A stretch of 64,000 nucleotides of DNA from Octopus sinensis (GCF_006345805.1 NC_043013.1:7130001-7194000); one strand, 5' to 3'; positions 12,470 through 25,420 are shown, counted from the stretch's first letter. Notes: generated from the letters alone by a model not told the origin. Program-made: numbers and translations.

Positions 12470-12890
12470 ACAGGAGTGGCTGTGTGGTAAGTACCTTGCT
12501 TACCAACCACATGGTTCCAGGTTCAGTCCCACTGCGTGGCATCTTGGGCAAGTGTCTTCTGCTATAGCCCCGGGCCGACCAAAGCCTTGTGAGTGGATTT
12601 GGTAGACGGAAACTGAAAGAAGCCTGTCGTATATATGTATATATATATATATTTATGTGTGTATGTGTGTGTGTTTGTGTGTCTGTGTTTGTCCCCCTAG
12701 CATTGCTTGACAACCGATGCTGGTGTGTTTACGTCCCCGTAACCTAGCGGTTTGGCAAAAGAGACCGATAGAATAAGTACTGGGCTTACAAAGAATAAGT
12801 CCCGGGGTCGATTTGCTCGACTAAAGGCGGTGCTCCAGCATGGCCGCAGTCAAATGACTGAAACAAGTAAAAGAGTAAAAGAGTATAGAG
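12470..12890 (+). mobile_element. Family A SINE (full length)
   Basis: A and B boxes plus GAGTAAAA tail repeats. Confidence 0.92.
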
Positions 12891-12944
12891 TATAGATTCC
12901 ATCAACCAGTTCGCTCATCGTAAGGCTTTGACCAACCCGTGGCT

Positions 12945-13535
12945 ATAGTATGATGCCATTAACAAAACTCAAATCAAGAACTGGTACAACCGCTTTAAAC
13001 GTGGCCGCACCTCAGTGAAGAGCGAGGCACGCCACCCATGAGTTAAAACGAGGAGCCGGTCGAAAAGACCGTCGTGTAACAATCCCCCAAATTGCTCGTG
13101 ATGTGGAAATAAGCACAGGATCAGTGCATTCCATTTTAACGAAGGATTAGTGCCTGCGGAGTTGTTGGTGAAATTCACCCCCAAGGTGCTGACGAAGCAG
13201 CAGAAGCTACTCCGCATGGAAATCGCTCAGAACATGCTGGACTGTGCAAACCATGACCCAGACTTCATGAAGACCATCGTAACTGGTGATGAGACAGGAT
13301 TATGGTCTCTACTCGATGTGTTCGATCATCCTGCCGGAAAATGAAAATCCGACAAGCGAACAATACACGTCTGTACTCTAGGCCTAACAACTAAGAACTG
13401 ACACGGCTTACCAGCGCGAAAATTTGTACGCATTCGCAGGAAGTATGACGTCACATTACACCCCAAGGATTTTGCCCATGCGGCATTAGTTTTGGTGGGA
13501 ACAAATAAAGTTTGATACTTTTTGAACGCACCTTG
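12945..13535 (+). mobile_element. Mariner family 2 relic (partial transposase + long right inverted arm)
   Basis: KTQIKNWYNRFKRGRTSV...VKFTPKVLTKQQKLLRMEIAQNML...KTIVTGDET, then the inverted 5' arm ending ATACTTTTTGAACGCACCTTG + TA. Confidence 0.85.
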
Positions 13536-13554
13536 TATGTATGTTTTTTTTTTT

Positions 13555-14044
13555 GTGACCCCCTTTGGTCATGAATGACCCTGGGATTGCACCTAGAAAG
13601 TTACCCTCCGAGGCACAAGTCTGGGCAAGGTTGTTTATGCAAGACCAGTAGACGCGTCTCCACGCCACCGATGTTATCCAAGGGAATGGCAAAGGCCAAT
13701 ACAGGTTGGCACCAGTGACGTCGCAGCTCATTAACGTGCAAGTGGCAGAGCACTCCACAGACACGTGTACCCTTAACGTAGTTCTCGGGGAGATTCAGCG
13801 TGACACAGAGTGTGACAAGGCTGGCCCTTTGAAATACAGGTACAACAGAAACAGGAAGAAAGAGCGAGAGAGAAAGTTGTGGTGAAAGAGTACAGCAGGG
13901 TTCACCACCAACCCCTGCCGGGACCTCGTGGAGCTTTAGGTGTTTTCGCTCAATTAACACTCACAATGCCCGGTCTGGGAATCGAAACCGCGATCCTACG
14001 ACCGCGAGTCCGCTGCCCTAACCACTGGGCCATTGCGCCTCCAC
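13555..14044 (-). mobile_element. Chimeric SINE: family B head/body with family E 3' tail
   Basis: tRNA-like head (GTGGAGGCGCAATGGCCCAGTGGTTAGGGCAGCGGACTCGCGG) joined at CACGTTAAT|GAG to the family E tail. Confidence 0.85.
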
Positions 14045-14095
14045 ATGTATGTATGTATGTATGTATGTATGTATGTATGTATGTATGTATGTATG

Positions 14096-14350
14096 TGAGC
14101 GCGCATGGCCTAGTGATTGGCTGTTGCCCACACGATCGCAACATCGTAGTTTCAATACCTTGCCCGAGTGGTGTGTTGTGTGTTTTTGAGCAAAACACTT
14201 CATCTTACTTTGCTGTGCGAAAACTTCGATACCTGACGTGTCGTACACCGTGATCAGGTAATGTCGATTTGGTGGAGGGAGTGAGCAACCGTGAGCACAT
14301 ATATTTGATCATATATTATATAAATAACCAAATCATTTGTGCAGGTTTGT
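14096..14350 (+). mobile_element. Degenerate tRNA-derived SINE (other family)
   Basis: A-box-like TGGCCTAGTGA, B-box-like GTTTCAATACC, TTGAGCAAAACACTT core. Confidence 0.55.
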
Positions 14351-14909
14351 TTAGCAAGAGAAACTGCAGAACCGTCTTTCTTGGCCTACGAGAGACCACC
14401 ATCATCACGTGTGTGTGTGTACATACGTACGTAATGCATGTATGTGTGCGTATATCTTTCGCCGATGTATATCTGAGAAGGCTGTAAGGTCCGGCTAGAA
14501 AACATTAAAATAATAAAATAATAATAAAAGACAAAAGGAAAAAAAAAACGACACACTGAACGAAGTCCCTTATAATATTTGCTCTCCGCCGAATTTCACA
14601 TACTTCCTTGTCACTGTCCTCATTAAAATGTTTGAACGAATGCTTGGCCTGTCCTAAACGCAGAATCAGTAACTCTGTTGCTCACAAGTTGCAATATAGA
14701 ATGGTGCCTCTAGAGTGGGAGCAATACCATCGATAATGGCTGAAACTGCGTTTGACCCTCTGGCCAATAACTGGTGAAGATTTGGTGACCCGTTTCTATC
14801 CGACTGTGTATTTAGTATATGTTCGTTTGTTTATTTACTACCCGTTTTTTTTAAATTATATATATATAGGTTTGTCATATTTTCCGTTTGTTGACTTTTT
14901 ATTTAATCC

Positions 14910-14951
<42 letters not shown>

Positions 14952-14971
14952 ATATATATATAATATATATA

Positions 14972-15185
14972 TAACGGGAAGCTTTATGAAAATAAACAAA
15001 AGACGAAGGCAGGTGGAAAACAAACGAACAATTGTATTAGTATGGCGCTCAGGAAATATAAATAAACCAAGTCTTTAACGTTTCGAGCCTACGCTCTTCA
15101 ACAGAAAGATACACAGAGAGAGAAAAACACAGAAAGAAGGAGAGAAAAAAAATGCGTGCAGTAGCTAACGAATCAACATGGCGAT
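14972..15185 (-). mobile_element. Penelope-like element terminal repeat with hammerhead-like motif
   Basis: Flanked by (TA)n; minus strand CTTT-CTGTTGA-A-GAGCGTAGGCTC-GAAACGTT-AAAG; shares upstream sequence with 44115-44330. Confidence 0.6.
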
Positions 15186-15195
15186 CTATACATGG

Positions 15196-15242
<47 letters not shown>

Positions 15243-15405
15243 CGCAGGAGTGGCTGTGTGGTAAATAGCTTGCTTACCAACGACATGGTTCCGGGTTCAG
15301 TCCCACTGCGTGGCATCTTGGGCAAGTGTCTTCTGCTATAGCCTCGGGTCGACCAAAGCCTTGTGAGTGGATTTGGTAGACGGAAACTGAAAGAAGCCTG
15401 TCGTA

Positions 15406-15481
<76 letters not shown>

Positions 15482-15692
15482 ATATGTTTGTGTGTCTCTG
15501 TTTGTCCCCCTAGCATTGCTTGACAATGGTGCTGGTGTGTTTACGTCCCCTTAAGTTAGCGGTTCGGCAAAAGAGACCGATAGAATAAGTACTGGGCTTA
15601 CGAAGAATAAGTCCTGGGGTCGATTTGCTCGACTAAAAGGCGGTGCTCCAGCATGGCCGCAGTCAAATGACTGAAACAAGTAAATGAGTAAA
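15243..15692 (+). mobile_element. Family A SINE
   Basis: Full-length match with expanded internal (TA)n(TG)n. Confidence 0.92.
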
Positions 15693-16089
15693 TGCGGTCA
15701 ATCAAATCGATTATACTCTGCAAATGTGACACGGTGTCTTTGTTTAAGAATCATTATAGTTGAGTCACATGTTACTCTTGATTAAACAGAGCTCTAATGA
15801 AAGCCATCTACCACCACCACTTTGTAACAACTCTATTTTCATTTGTTTTTGTTCTTTCTTTCTCCCGTTTCAAAAGTAAGAACGACGTCATCCGACAAGC
15901 GACCACCGTAGAGAATCACTCCTCGTTGACTCGTAACATACCAACTTGGTAGTAACTGTTGAATATAGGGAAACAGAGAGCTGGTTCGTTATCACGCCGA
16001 ACAAGACATTTGGCAATCTTTTAGTTACAGTATCTTGATAATTAGTGTTTATTCGGTAATTTCCGTATACTTTAATCAAAAGATTGCCA

Positions 16090-16487
16090 GATGTTTCTTC
16101 CGGTTTCTAACGTTCTAAGTTCAAATCCCGCCGAATTTGACTTTGCCTTTCATCCTTTCAAAGTCGATAAAATAAGTACCAATTAAGCCCTAGAGTCGAA
16201 GTAACTGACTCCTCCCGTAAAATTTCACGCCCTCCACCTACAGTAGAAAGAAATGTTGGATAGCTGGCAGAAACGTTAGCACGCCGGGCGAAATTCTTAG
16301 CGGTATTTCGTCTGCGTTACGTTGTGAGTTCAAATTACGCCGAGGTCGACTTTGCCTTTCATCCTTTCGGGGTCGATAAATTAAGTACCAGTTACGCACT
16401 GGAGTCGATGTAATCGACTTAATACCTATGTCTGTCCTTGTTTGTTCCCTCTGTGTTTAGCCCCTTGTGGGTAATAAAGAAATAGGA
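16090..16487 (+). mobile_element. Family D (Meta-domain-like) SINEs: one partial and one full copy (16264-16487)
   Basis: tRNA-like head, GAGGTCGACTTTGCCTTTCATCCTTTCGGGGTCGATAAATTAAGTACCAG (resembles the MetaSINE central domain), tail GTGGGTAATAAAGAAATA. Confidence 0.85.
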
Positions 16488-16904
16488 TATAGATTAAGTA
16501 AGGAGAACCGCAGCGTATGTTAAAAAAATAAAAGTAATTTATGAAAACATAGGAAATACCGAAACGAAAATATTGTTTACTATTTTTATCCACTTCAAGC
16601 ACGACATAAACTTTCGTTTTAAAAGCACGTGCATTGCGAGAAGAGTTAAAAAAACAACAACAACATTCAGGTAACTTAACATTCAGGTGCTTAATTAGAA
16701 ACACGTATTAAAAACAATACTAATTACAAGATGTAAAGGAGTCGGCAGAAATTTCGAAAAGATACAATGAATAAACAATATTTTATGTTCGTTTCGACAA
16801 TTCAAGCAAACCATAGTATTTTTAATACATTCTCCAGTTTGTTGAAATTAACGGCGCGATCCTCCAAAGTTACCTGTTGTTATTTTTGTTGTTGTTGTTG
16901 TTAT

Positions 16905-17293
16905 GTGGAGGCGCAATGGCCCAGTGGTTAGGGCAGCGGACTCGCGGTCGTAGGATCGCGGTTTCGATTCCCAGACCGGGCGTTGTGAGTGTTTATTGAG
17001 CGAAAACACCTAAAAGCTCCACGAGCCTCCGGCAGGGGATGGTGGTGATCCCTGCTGTACTCTTTCACCACAACTTTCTCTCACTCTTACTTCCTGTTTC
17101 TGTTGTACCTGTATTTCAAGGGGCCGGCCTTGTCACTCTCTGTGTCACGCTGAATATCCCCGAGAACTACGTTAAGGGTACACGTGTCTGTGGAGTGCTC
17201 AGCCACTTACACGTTAATTTCACGAGCAGGCTGTTCCGTTGATCGGATCAACCGGAACCCTCGTCGTCGTAACCGACGGAGTGCTTCTATCCA
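16905..17293 (+). mobile_element. Family B tRNA-derived SINE, full length
   Basis: TSD TTGTTGTTAT (16895-16904, 17294-17303); A and B boxes present. Confidence 0.93.
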
Positions 17294-18090
17294 TTGTTGT
17301 TATAGAAGTGGTAGCTATGGTTGTTTACTCCAGATTCAATAATGACCATCACGCCTTTTTTTCCCCATTTTTTTCAGTGGCACTGTGTACCGTTGACTAT
17401 ATTCTTTGTTATTGTTGTAGTAGAAAAACCGTACGTAGATTAATCTTGATGAAGGCATTCCAGTTCTGACCATCCAGTTTTCATTTCAGACAGCCTAATG
17501 AGTAATAATTAGTTACTGTTGTTTTGGTTCAACCTCAGGTTAAGTCTGATCCATGTCGTTCCAGCTGTGACTATCCCGTCTTCTATTCATATTCAGTGTA
17601 ACTATATTATTCTTTTTGTAAGACTGTTAGGAAAATTTACCTGGTGTTTCTAGCAGAGTAAACAATCGCATAGATATTTCTTGCTGTTATTTTCTCAGTA
17701 GTGGTTATTATCATTATTTAACCCTAGGTTAGATCTGATGAAGCAGATCTATGATCAAAGACAAACCAGCTGAGACCATCCCATCTTTTTCCTATGTGTA
17801 GGAATCCGAGACAACATTATTCAACGCGTTTTTTTTTGTTTTGTTTTTTTGTTCTGAAGACCTTTGGGGTGTGTGGTTCAAGGGAGATTTGCCTGTTATT
17901 TCTAGCAAATAGAGGGACTACATACAAGCTCCAGCCTCACTTAGTTCCTGAGGTAGCGATTGTTGCGGTGTTGGCGGTTGTAAAAAAAAGTCGACAGTTC
18001 TCGTTTAGTAGTATTGGCGGTTGTTGTGTTAGTGGTAGCGGTTATGTTTTCTTGCTAACCCTGATGTTGTCACGGTGTCATGATTTAGGA

Positions 18091-18262
18091 CAGGCGTGGG
18101 TAATCCTTTTTACGAGAAACGGACCGCACCAGACACGGCTCGTCATCAAGCGGGCCGAACCACTAAATGAAAATAAAATAAAAAATAAGCATATGTCATT
18201 TTCCTCGTGAAATTAGACTTACCATTTAGAAAGTCCCGCGGGCCACAGTTTGCCTATGACTG
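18091..18262. mobile_element. hAT (Charlie-like) MITE
   Basis: Perfect 8-bp TSD ATTTAGGA (18083-18090, 18263-18270); termini CAGGCGTGGGTAA / TTTGCCTATGACTG. Confidence 0.88.
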
Positions 18263-18270
18263 ATTTAGGA

Positions 18271-19329
18271 AATATATTTCTTTACTATCCACAAGGGGCT
18301 AAACACAGAGGGGACAATCAAGGACAGACAAAGGGATTAAGTCGATTACATCGGCCCTCAGTGCGTAACTGGTACTTAATTTATCGACCCCGAAAGGATG
18401 AAAGGCAAAGTCGACCTGGGCGAAATTTGAACCCAGAACGTAGCGGTAGACGAAATACCTATTTCTTTACTACCCACAAGGGGCTAAACACAGAGGGGGC
18501 AAACAAAGACAGACAGACGGATTAAGTCGATTACATCGGCCTCAGTGCGTAACTGGTACTTATTTAATCGACCCCGAAAGGATGAAAGGCAAAGTCGACC
18601 ACGGCGGAATTTGAACCCAGAACGTAACGGCAGACGAAATACCGCTAAGCACTTCGGCCGGCGCGCTAACGTTTCTACCAAGGAAATATATATATCTTTA
18701 CTGCCCGCAAGGGGCTAAACATAGAGGGGACAAACAAGGACAGACAAAGGGAGTAAGTCAATTACATTGACCCCAGTGCGAAACTGGTACTTTATTTATC
18801 GACCCCGAAGGGATGAAAGGCAAAGTCGACCTCGGCGGAATTTGAACCCAGAACGTAACGGCAGACGAAAATACGGCTACGCATTTCGCCCGGCGTGCTA
18901 ACGTTTCTGCCAAGGAAATATATATATCTTTACTGCCCACAAGGGGCTAAACATAGAGGGGACAAACAAGGACAGACAAAGGGAGTAAGTCAATTACATT
19001 GACCCCAGTGCGAAACTGGTACTTTATTTATCGACCCCGAAAGGATGAAAGGCAAAGTCGACCTCGGCGGAATTTGAACTCAGAACGTAGCGGTAGACGA
19101 AATACCTATTTCTTCACTACCCACAAGGGGCTAAACACAGAGGGGACAAACAAGGACAGACAAAGGGAGTAAGTCAATTACATCGACCCCAGTGCGTAAC
19201 TGGTACTTAATTTATCGACCCCGAAAGGATGAAAGGCAAAGTCGACCTCGGCGGAATTTGAACCCAGAACGTAACGGCGGACGAAAATACGGCTACGCAT
19301 TTCGCCCGGCGTGCTTAACGGTTCTGCCA
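18271..19329 (-). repeat. Tandem array of five family D SINE copies
   Basis: Units at about 18275-18458, 18459-18680, 18681-18912, 18913-19106 and 19107-19329. Confidence 0.93.
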
Positions 19330-19894
19330 AGGAGGAAATAATCGCTCCATCTCTAGTCATTTGTAGTTATAGTTCTGAGATTTACTACAACTACTATTAC
19401 TACTGCTGAACGTAACACTGCCGTTGCCACTGTTGCTGCTGCTGTCCCAACTGAATGACTGCTGCTGCTGTTGTATCGCCACCGGCACCATCACCACCAC
19501 CATCGCTGCTGCTCTGCTGCTGCTGTTGTTATCAACAGCCAGCAGCAAGGTGTGTCCTATTATTCCCGAGGCGCTAACATTGACGATTGACAACAGTTGG
19601 CAAGACAGAAAGACTTATATTTCTTTTTGTCACTCTTCTTTCTTTCATTCTCTGTGTAAATCGAGAGAGAGAGAGAGAGAGAGAAAGACAAGACGAAGCG
19701 TGACCCGGTGGCACGATGTTTTACTTTTTTTCCATTTAGTTCCGGGTACTCAACTCAAGCATAAGGGCCAATTTCTAAATCCGTCCTTTCCTACCCTACA
19801 GCCACACATATCATATATATATATATATATATAATATATATATATATTTCGGTGTGTGGTGAGGCAAATCGTTGCTAAAACCTTAATTACTTAG

Positions 19895-19959
<65 letters not shown>

Positions 19960-21804
19960 ATATGTATGTATATGCGCACACACAGTAAATGTATAATACG
20001 TACACACATACTCTGTTTTCACCCGTCCCATTGTTGATTACAGACACTCGAGCTTAACACTCGATCATAAACAGTCAACCACGAACATCTCCGGACACTC
20101 TCATATCGAATGAAACTTGTTATACGGGGATATATATATATATATAGATATATACTTGTATCAAAACAACAACAAAACTTTTGATGGTAAGTGACTCACG
20201 AATTTATTTGATCATTTCCTCGATATTTCAATTGAAATGTTACAACAGAATACTTTATATTTCCTACCCGTAAGTCTTGGATAAGAAAAGCATAAAGGCA
20301 TTCATTCTAGTTCCAGTTTTAAAGTAACAGATTGTTAACATGCAAAGTTCAAATATGTTTGCTTCCGTTAATATTAAATCAGTTAAGATAATATTTAACC
20401 ATTGTGCAAATAGTGTCCAGTTCACCTGTTAGACTTTAAATAAACTTTAAACCATAGATCACTTGAGGATTGTTAATTAAGTTGCGAAAGATTTTTACTT
20501 TGTTGTTATTATTATTATTACCCTTCCCGTTTATGTAAAACAAGTCTGTTACCTTCAAGGATTCGAAACAGAAACTAACGGTATGGCCAAACAACAAAAC
20601 TATTGATCAGGTGTTCGATGTAATGAAATGGTTATTTCCTTTCCCACCTTTCCGGTTTTGAAGTTGTTTTTTAATTTTTGTTTGTAAACTGTGTGTTTAG
20701 AACAAACTACATCGCCACTACAATAATAATAATAATAATGATAATGATGACGAAAGCAGCATCGATATTAAATTTAGATTAAAAACAAATGTAGTTATTA
20801 TCGAATGTTCGATATTAAATAGTCGTTTTTATTTCCCTTCGTCTATCTCTATTTTTAGGTGGTTGTTATATTTATGAAAGAATGTGAATTTGAGGCACCG
20901 TTCTCCATTTTATTATTATTATTTGTGTGTTATTATTGTTCTTTTCTTTTCTTTTGAGACGAATTCCGTTTAAGGAAATGTCAAGTTTTAAAAATAACAT
21001 AAAATAAATCAGAAAGCTGTCGAGTAAAAGATAGAGAATATAGAGGAAAGAGGGAGTGACCGATCGAAAAGGAAATGCTATAGGCAGAAAAGAAAAGGGA
21101 AACAAGAGGAAAGGAGATAAAAAAATAGGAGAAAAGAGGGAAAGAATGCAAAGTAGAAAGATACGAAGAGAAAATGAAACCAAAAAATAAAAAACAGACA
21201 TACACGAAGTAAAGTGAGAAACAAATATGAACGAGAAATATACGGAAGTTGTGGAAACCCTCTTGGGTTTTTTTATTAGAAAACCTCACTTTCGTTGTAT
21301 TAAACCCTCTTGTTTGTATTGTTGTTAGGGACCTATATGCCGTTATATATTGAACCCCAAATGATTTGTCTATGATTCTATAATTGTTATTGTTTTATGG
21401 CACACAGAGAAATTATTTCTTTTCTTCTGTTTAAATGTTGTTTGCATCGACGATGCATTTTAGTCCCAGCGGGGTCCGATAAATAGATGCCAGTTTAGTA
21501 CCATCCCCTCCATAAATTTGTGGCTTTGTTCCAGAGATGGTAAGAGATTATATTCTAACTCTGGAAGTTTTTACTGAATTTAGTTGCATGTTTAAATCCC
21601 GCTGGAATCAGTTTGGCTTTTCATACCCTCCTGGGATCCATAATATAGATATCGGTTATAACATAGTTACATATTACATTTTAGCTGGAAATATCTCCTC
21701 TTACGAAACTTGGCTGAGTTTTGGAATAACTGTCACTCGAAATCCCATACCCACGGAAAAGGGGGAAAAAAGTTTAGTGTAGTATCTTTTATTATTTACT
21801 TGTG

Positions 21805-22190
21805 TCAATCATTGGATTGCGGCCATGCTGGGGCACCGGTTCGAAAGGTTTGATCGAACAATTCAAGCCTAGTACTTTGTTTTTTTTTAAGCCTTGTACT
21901 TATTCTATCAGTGTCTTTTGCCGCACCGCTATGTTACGGGGGACGTAAACAAACCAACACCGGTTGTCGAGCGATGGTGGGCGGCAAATGCATGCGCGCG
22001 CACGCACGCACACGTTTACACACAACACACGGTCTTCTTTCGGTTTCCGTCTACGAAATCCACTCACCAGGTACTTGTTGGATCAGGGCTATAGTAGAAG
22101 ACGACGCTTGTCCAAAAATGCTGCGCATTGGAACTGAACGCAAAACCACATTGGTTGGGAAGCAAGCTTCTCGATCACACAGCCACGCTT
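21805..22190 (-). mobile_element. Diverged family A SINE
   Basis: Degenerate match to the family A consensus. Confidence 0.75.
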
Positions 22191-22439
22191 GTATTGGTGT
22201 TATTGATGGTCGTTATTATGTTACGTTCATAATGACCACACTAATGCGTAAGGAACGTGGGTAGGGGCTAAAACGCTAAAAACTACACGATCAGGGCTTT
22301 TTAAAAAGATATACACTTTTCTCGCTCGTCAACATAAATCAAACAAATGAAAGAGTCTCTGTAATCGTTCGACAATTAGGCATAGCAGCTAAATCTTCCT
22401 CAAACCACATCCTACCGCTCATTAAAAAAAAGGTTAAAC

Positions 22440-22586
22440 TGGAGTAGGTGTGTAGTAAGAAGCTTGCTTCTCAACCACATAGTTCCGGGTTCAGTTCCAC
22501 TGCATGGCACCTTGGGCAAGTGTCTTACGCGACCAAAGCCTTGTGAGTTGGTTTCGTAAACGGAAACTGGAAGAAGCTCGTCGTAT

Positions 22587-22665
<79 letters not shown>

Positions 22666-22667
22666 AT

Positions 22668-22709
<42 letters not shown>

Positions 22710-22915
22710 ATGTGTTTGTCCCCCACCACCACCGTCACTTGACAAACGATCCCGGTATGTTTAAATCCCCGTAACTTAGCTGTTCAGCCTAAGAGACCGA
22801 TAGAATAAGTACTAGGCTTACAAAGAATAAGTCCTGGGGTCGATTTGCTCGACTAAAAGACGGTACTCCAGCATGGCCTCAGTCAAATGACCGAAACAAG
22901 TAAAAGAATAAAAGA
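22440..22915 (+). mobile_element. Family A SINE
   Basis: Head, expanded internal microsatellite and tail. Confidence 0.88.
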
Positions 22916-22999
22916 TTATCGGGCAATATAGTCCTCGGTAGACAAAAAGGAGTTGGTTTCACTTGAATAAGGAAAACATTCTGTAAACATTTGAAAACT

Positions 23000-23355
23000 T
23001 CTACTTGTTTCAGTCATTTGACTGCGGCCATGTTGGGGCACCGCCTTGAAGTGTTTTAGAAGAACGTATCGATGCCAGAACTTATTTTTTTAGGCTTGGT
23101 ACTTATTCTGTCAGTCTCTTATGCCGAACAGCTAAGTTACGGGGACGTAAGCACACCAACACCGGTTGTCAAGCGATGGTGAGGGACGAACACACACACA
23201 CGATGGGCTACTTTCAGTTTCCGTCTACCAAATCCACTCACAAGGCTTTGGTCGGCCCGAGGCTTTAGTAGAAGACACTTGCTGAAGGTGCCACGCAGTG
23301 GGACTGAATCCAGAACCATTGTGGGTGGGAAGGAAGCTTCTTATCACACAGCCTG
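23000..23355 (-). mobile_element. Family A SINE
   Basis: Match in inverted orientation to the preceding copy. Confidence 0.85.
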
Positions 23356-23739
23356 TTATTATTGATTCCTCTCTCTACACACGCACACAGGTCGGCTGTA
23401 ATCGAGCGGACATATGATCAAAGGCAATCTAACCATGGCTGTCTCATCGCCTTTAAGAAGGTGTATATCTTCATCACACTTTTCAAGGATTGTAAGATAT
23501 GAAGATTTAGCTGCTATTTCTAGCAGATCGATCCGTTTTATTTCTTTTATCTTTATCGCTAGGCTAGTTTTGCATGATCAGAATTATGATCAAACGCATT
23601 CCAGCCTTGACCATACCATTCCATTTTTTTTTTCCTTTCAGGTATTCGATTAGCTTATCCATTGCGTCCATCTGTTTTCAAAACAGCAGGGGACAATTTA
23701 AGGGAGATTTAGTTGTTATTTCTCGGTACACAAGCTCTA

Positions 23740-23880
23740 TATCTGTGCCTTTCATCCTTTCGGGGTCGATAAATTAAGTACCAGTTACGCACTGGGGTCG
23801 ATGTAATCGACTTAATCCGTTTGTCTGTCCTTGTTTGTCCCCTCTGTGTTTAGCCCCTTGTGGGTAGTAAAGAAATATAT
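23740..23880 (+). mobile_element. 5'-truncated family D SINE
   Basis: GCCTTTCATCCTTTCGGGGTCGATAAATT...GTAGTAAAGAAATA. Confidence 0.85.
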
Positions 23881-24419
23881 ATATGAAAGACACGAAATAA
23901 AATGTGACATTCATATGGTTCCTAAAAGTATTAGCGATATAAATAAATAATGCAGAACGGTTTGCAAATCAGGCGCCAAAGCTATGGGTTGTATGTTCAG
24001 TTTACCCGTAACTCACTTCTTCAGTATGTTTGCTCGTTGTAAATGTCATATTTGGAGCGGGTAGGGGAAGCAAGACTCAGCAGTGTTCAAGCTTTTCTCA
24101 AGAGTATTTGTGATGTCTGCACTCGAGACAGTTTCCTGATGCTGACCTCAGCCCAACAAAAGCTTTAACACCTAATTATTTCCAGCGCACTTGACATTTT
24201 CTAAACGAAAATAGTTTATATTTATATTTTAAAGTATCATTAAAAACTTAATTACAGTGGTGCGCGCACACACACACACACGAACACACACACACACAAG
24301 TGAATTAATAAAATGTTGTAAAGAAGCTTAATAAAAATCAGATCCCTTAATTTACTCCTGTCATTCTATTTGAATGTTCCTTTTTATACCTTAATTTCTG
24401 TCCTCGACACGAAACAAAG

Positions 24420-24422
24420 GTG

Positions 24423-24488
<66 letters not shown>

Positions 24489-24660
24489 ACTATTTATCTA
24501 TCTCTATCTATCTATCTATCCTTCTATCTATCCATCTCTTTGTCCATCTATCTGTTCATCTGTCCATCCATCCATCCGTCCGTCCACAAATATACATACA
24601 AACACACGCACACACACACATACATAAATACATACATACAAACATAAATACATACATACA
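24420..24660. repeat. (TATC)n / (CATA)n tetranucleotide repeats
   Basis: Read directly from the sequence. Confidence 0.95.
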
Positions 24661-24825
24661 GGTAAGATCTGGAGACGCACAATATCGAAAACACCTAGCT
24701 GTGCTCAACTGAATTGAGCTTAGATTTCGAAGACTTTATCAAGGACTAGGTCTACAGAGTAAAGAGTGGCTATAAGAAAAACTCAGGTGAGATAATAATG
24801 ATGCAGATAAACAGAATTAGGTTTG

Positions 24826-24857
<32 letters not shown>

Positions 24858-25367
24858 CGGTAGGTAGGTAGATTGGTTGATTGATTGATTGATTGATTCA
24901 GAAGATAAACACATAAGTACAAACATATAGATATTTATGACAAATGAATTTACTTTAACATGAAGTGTAAAATATACAGAAAACTAAAGGCAGAATGCAT
25001 ACGAGTTTGTTTTTTTCACTCGATCTGCTAATTTTCCCTCCTGACGAAGGAAGCCGGTATTACTCTAGTATTTCGTTGCAACCATCTACTGATTGCATAT
25101 CCACGACTCTTTGCACATTCCATCTGCTAATTATGAACATTACAACAATTACGTATTTCCGAACTCCCAGAAACCGACGACGAGCTAAAGAATTACGCAT
25201 TCTCCCTTTAGTTTTCTATATTTTTCATATTCAATGTAAAAGTAAATTTGTTTGTCAACATATGGAAATATCTATATGCTTGTACATATTTTTCTTCTGA
25301 ATATGTTTAATTTTTGTACCTAGCGTGGCCATAGTCAAAATTACTGAAACAAGTAAAAGATATATAT

Positions 25368-25420
<53 letters not shown>

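Noticed and set aside
12003-12713. Recurring peptide RRASFSFRLPNPLTRLWSARGYSRRHLPKVPRSGTEPGTMW in many ORFs
   Set aside because: Antisense frame of the family A SINE; a repeat artefact, not a gene family.
16905-16985. tRNA gene
   Set aside because: tRNA-like head of a TSD-flanked SINE with no intact acceptor stem.
18271-19329. CRISPR-like or tandem tRNA-gene array
   Set aside because: Units are about 190-230-bp SINE copies with no unique spacers, and the heads do not form complete cloverleaves.
19424-19549. Signal-peptide-like stretch (AAALLLLLLSTASSK) before AAG|GTGTGT
   Set aside because: Built from CTG/ACC trinucleotide repeats; no ATG in frame and an upstream in-frame stop.
25035-25075. 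CTGACGA core-like box
   Set aside because: No downstream GAAA box.
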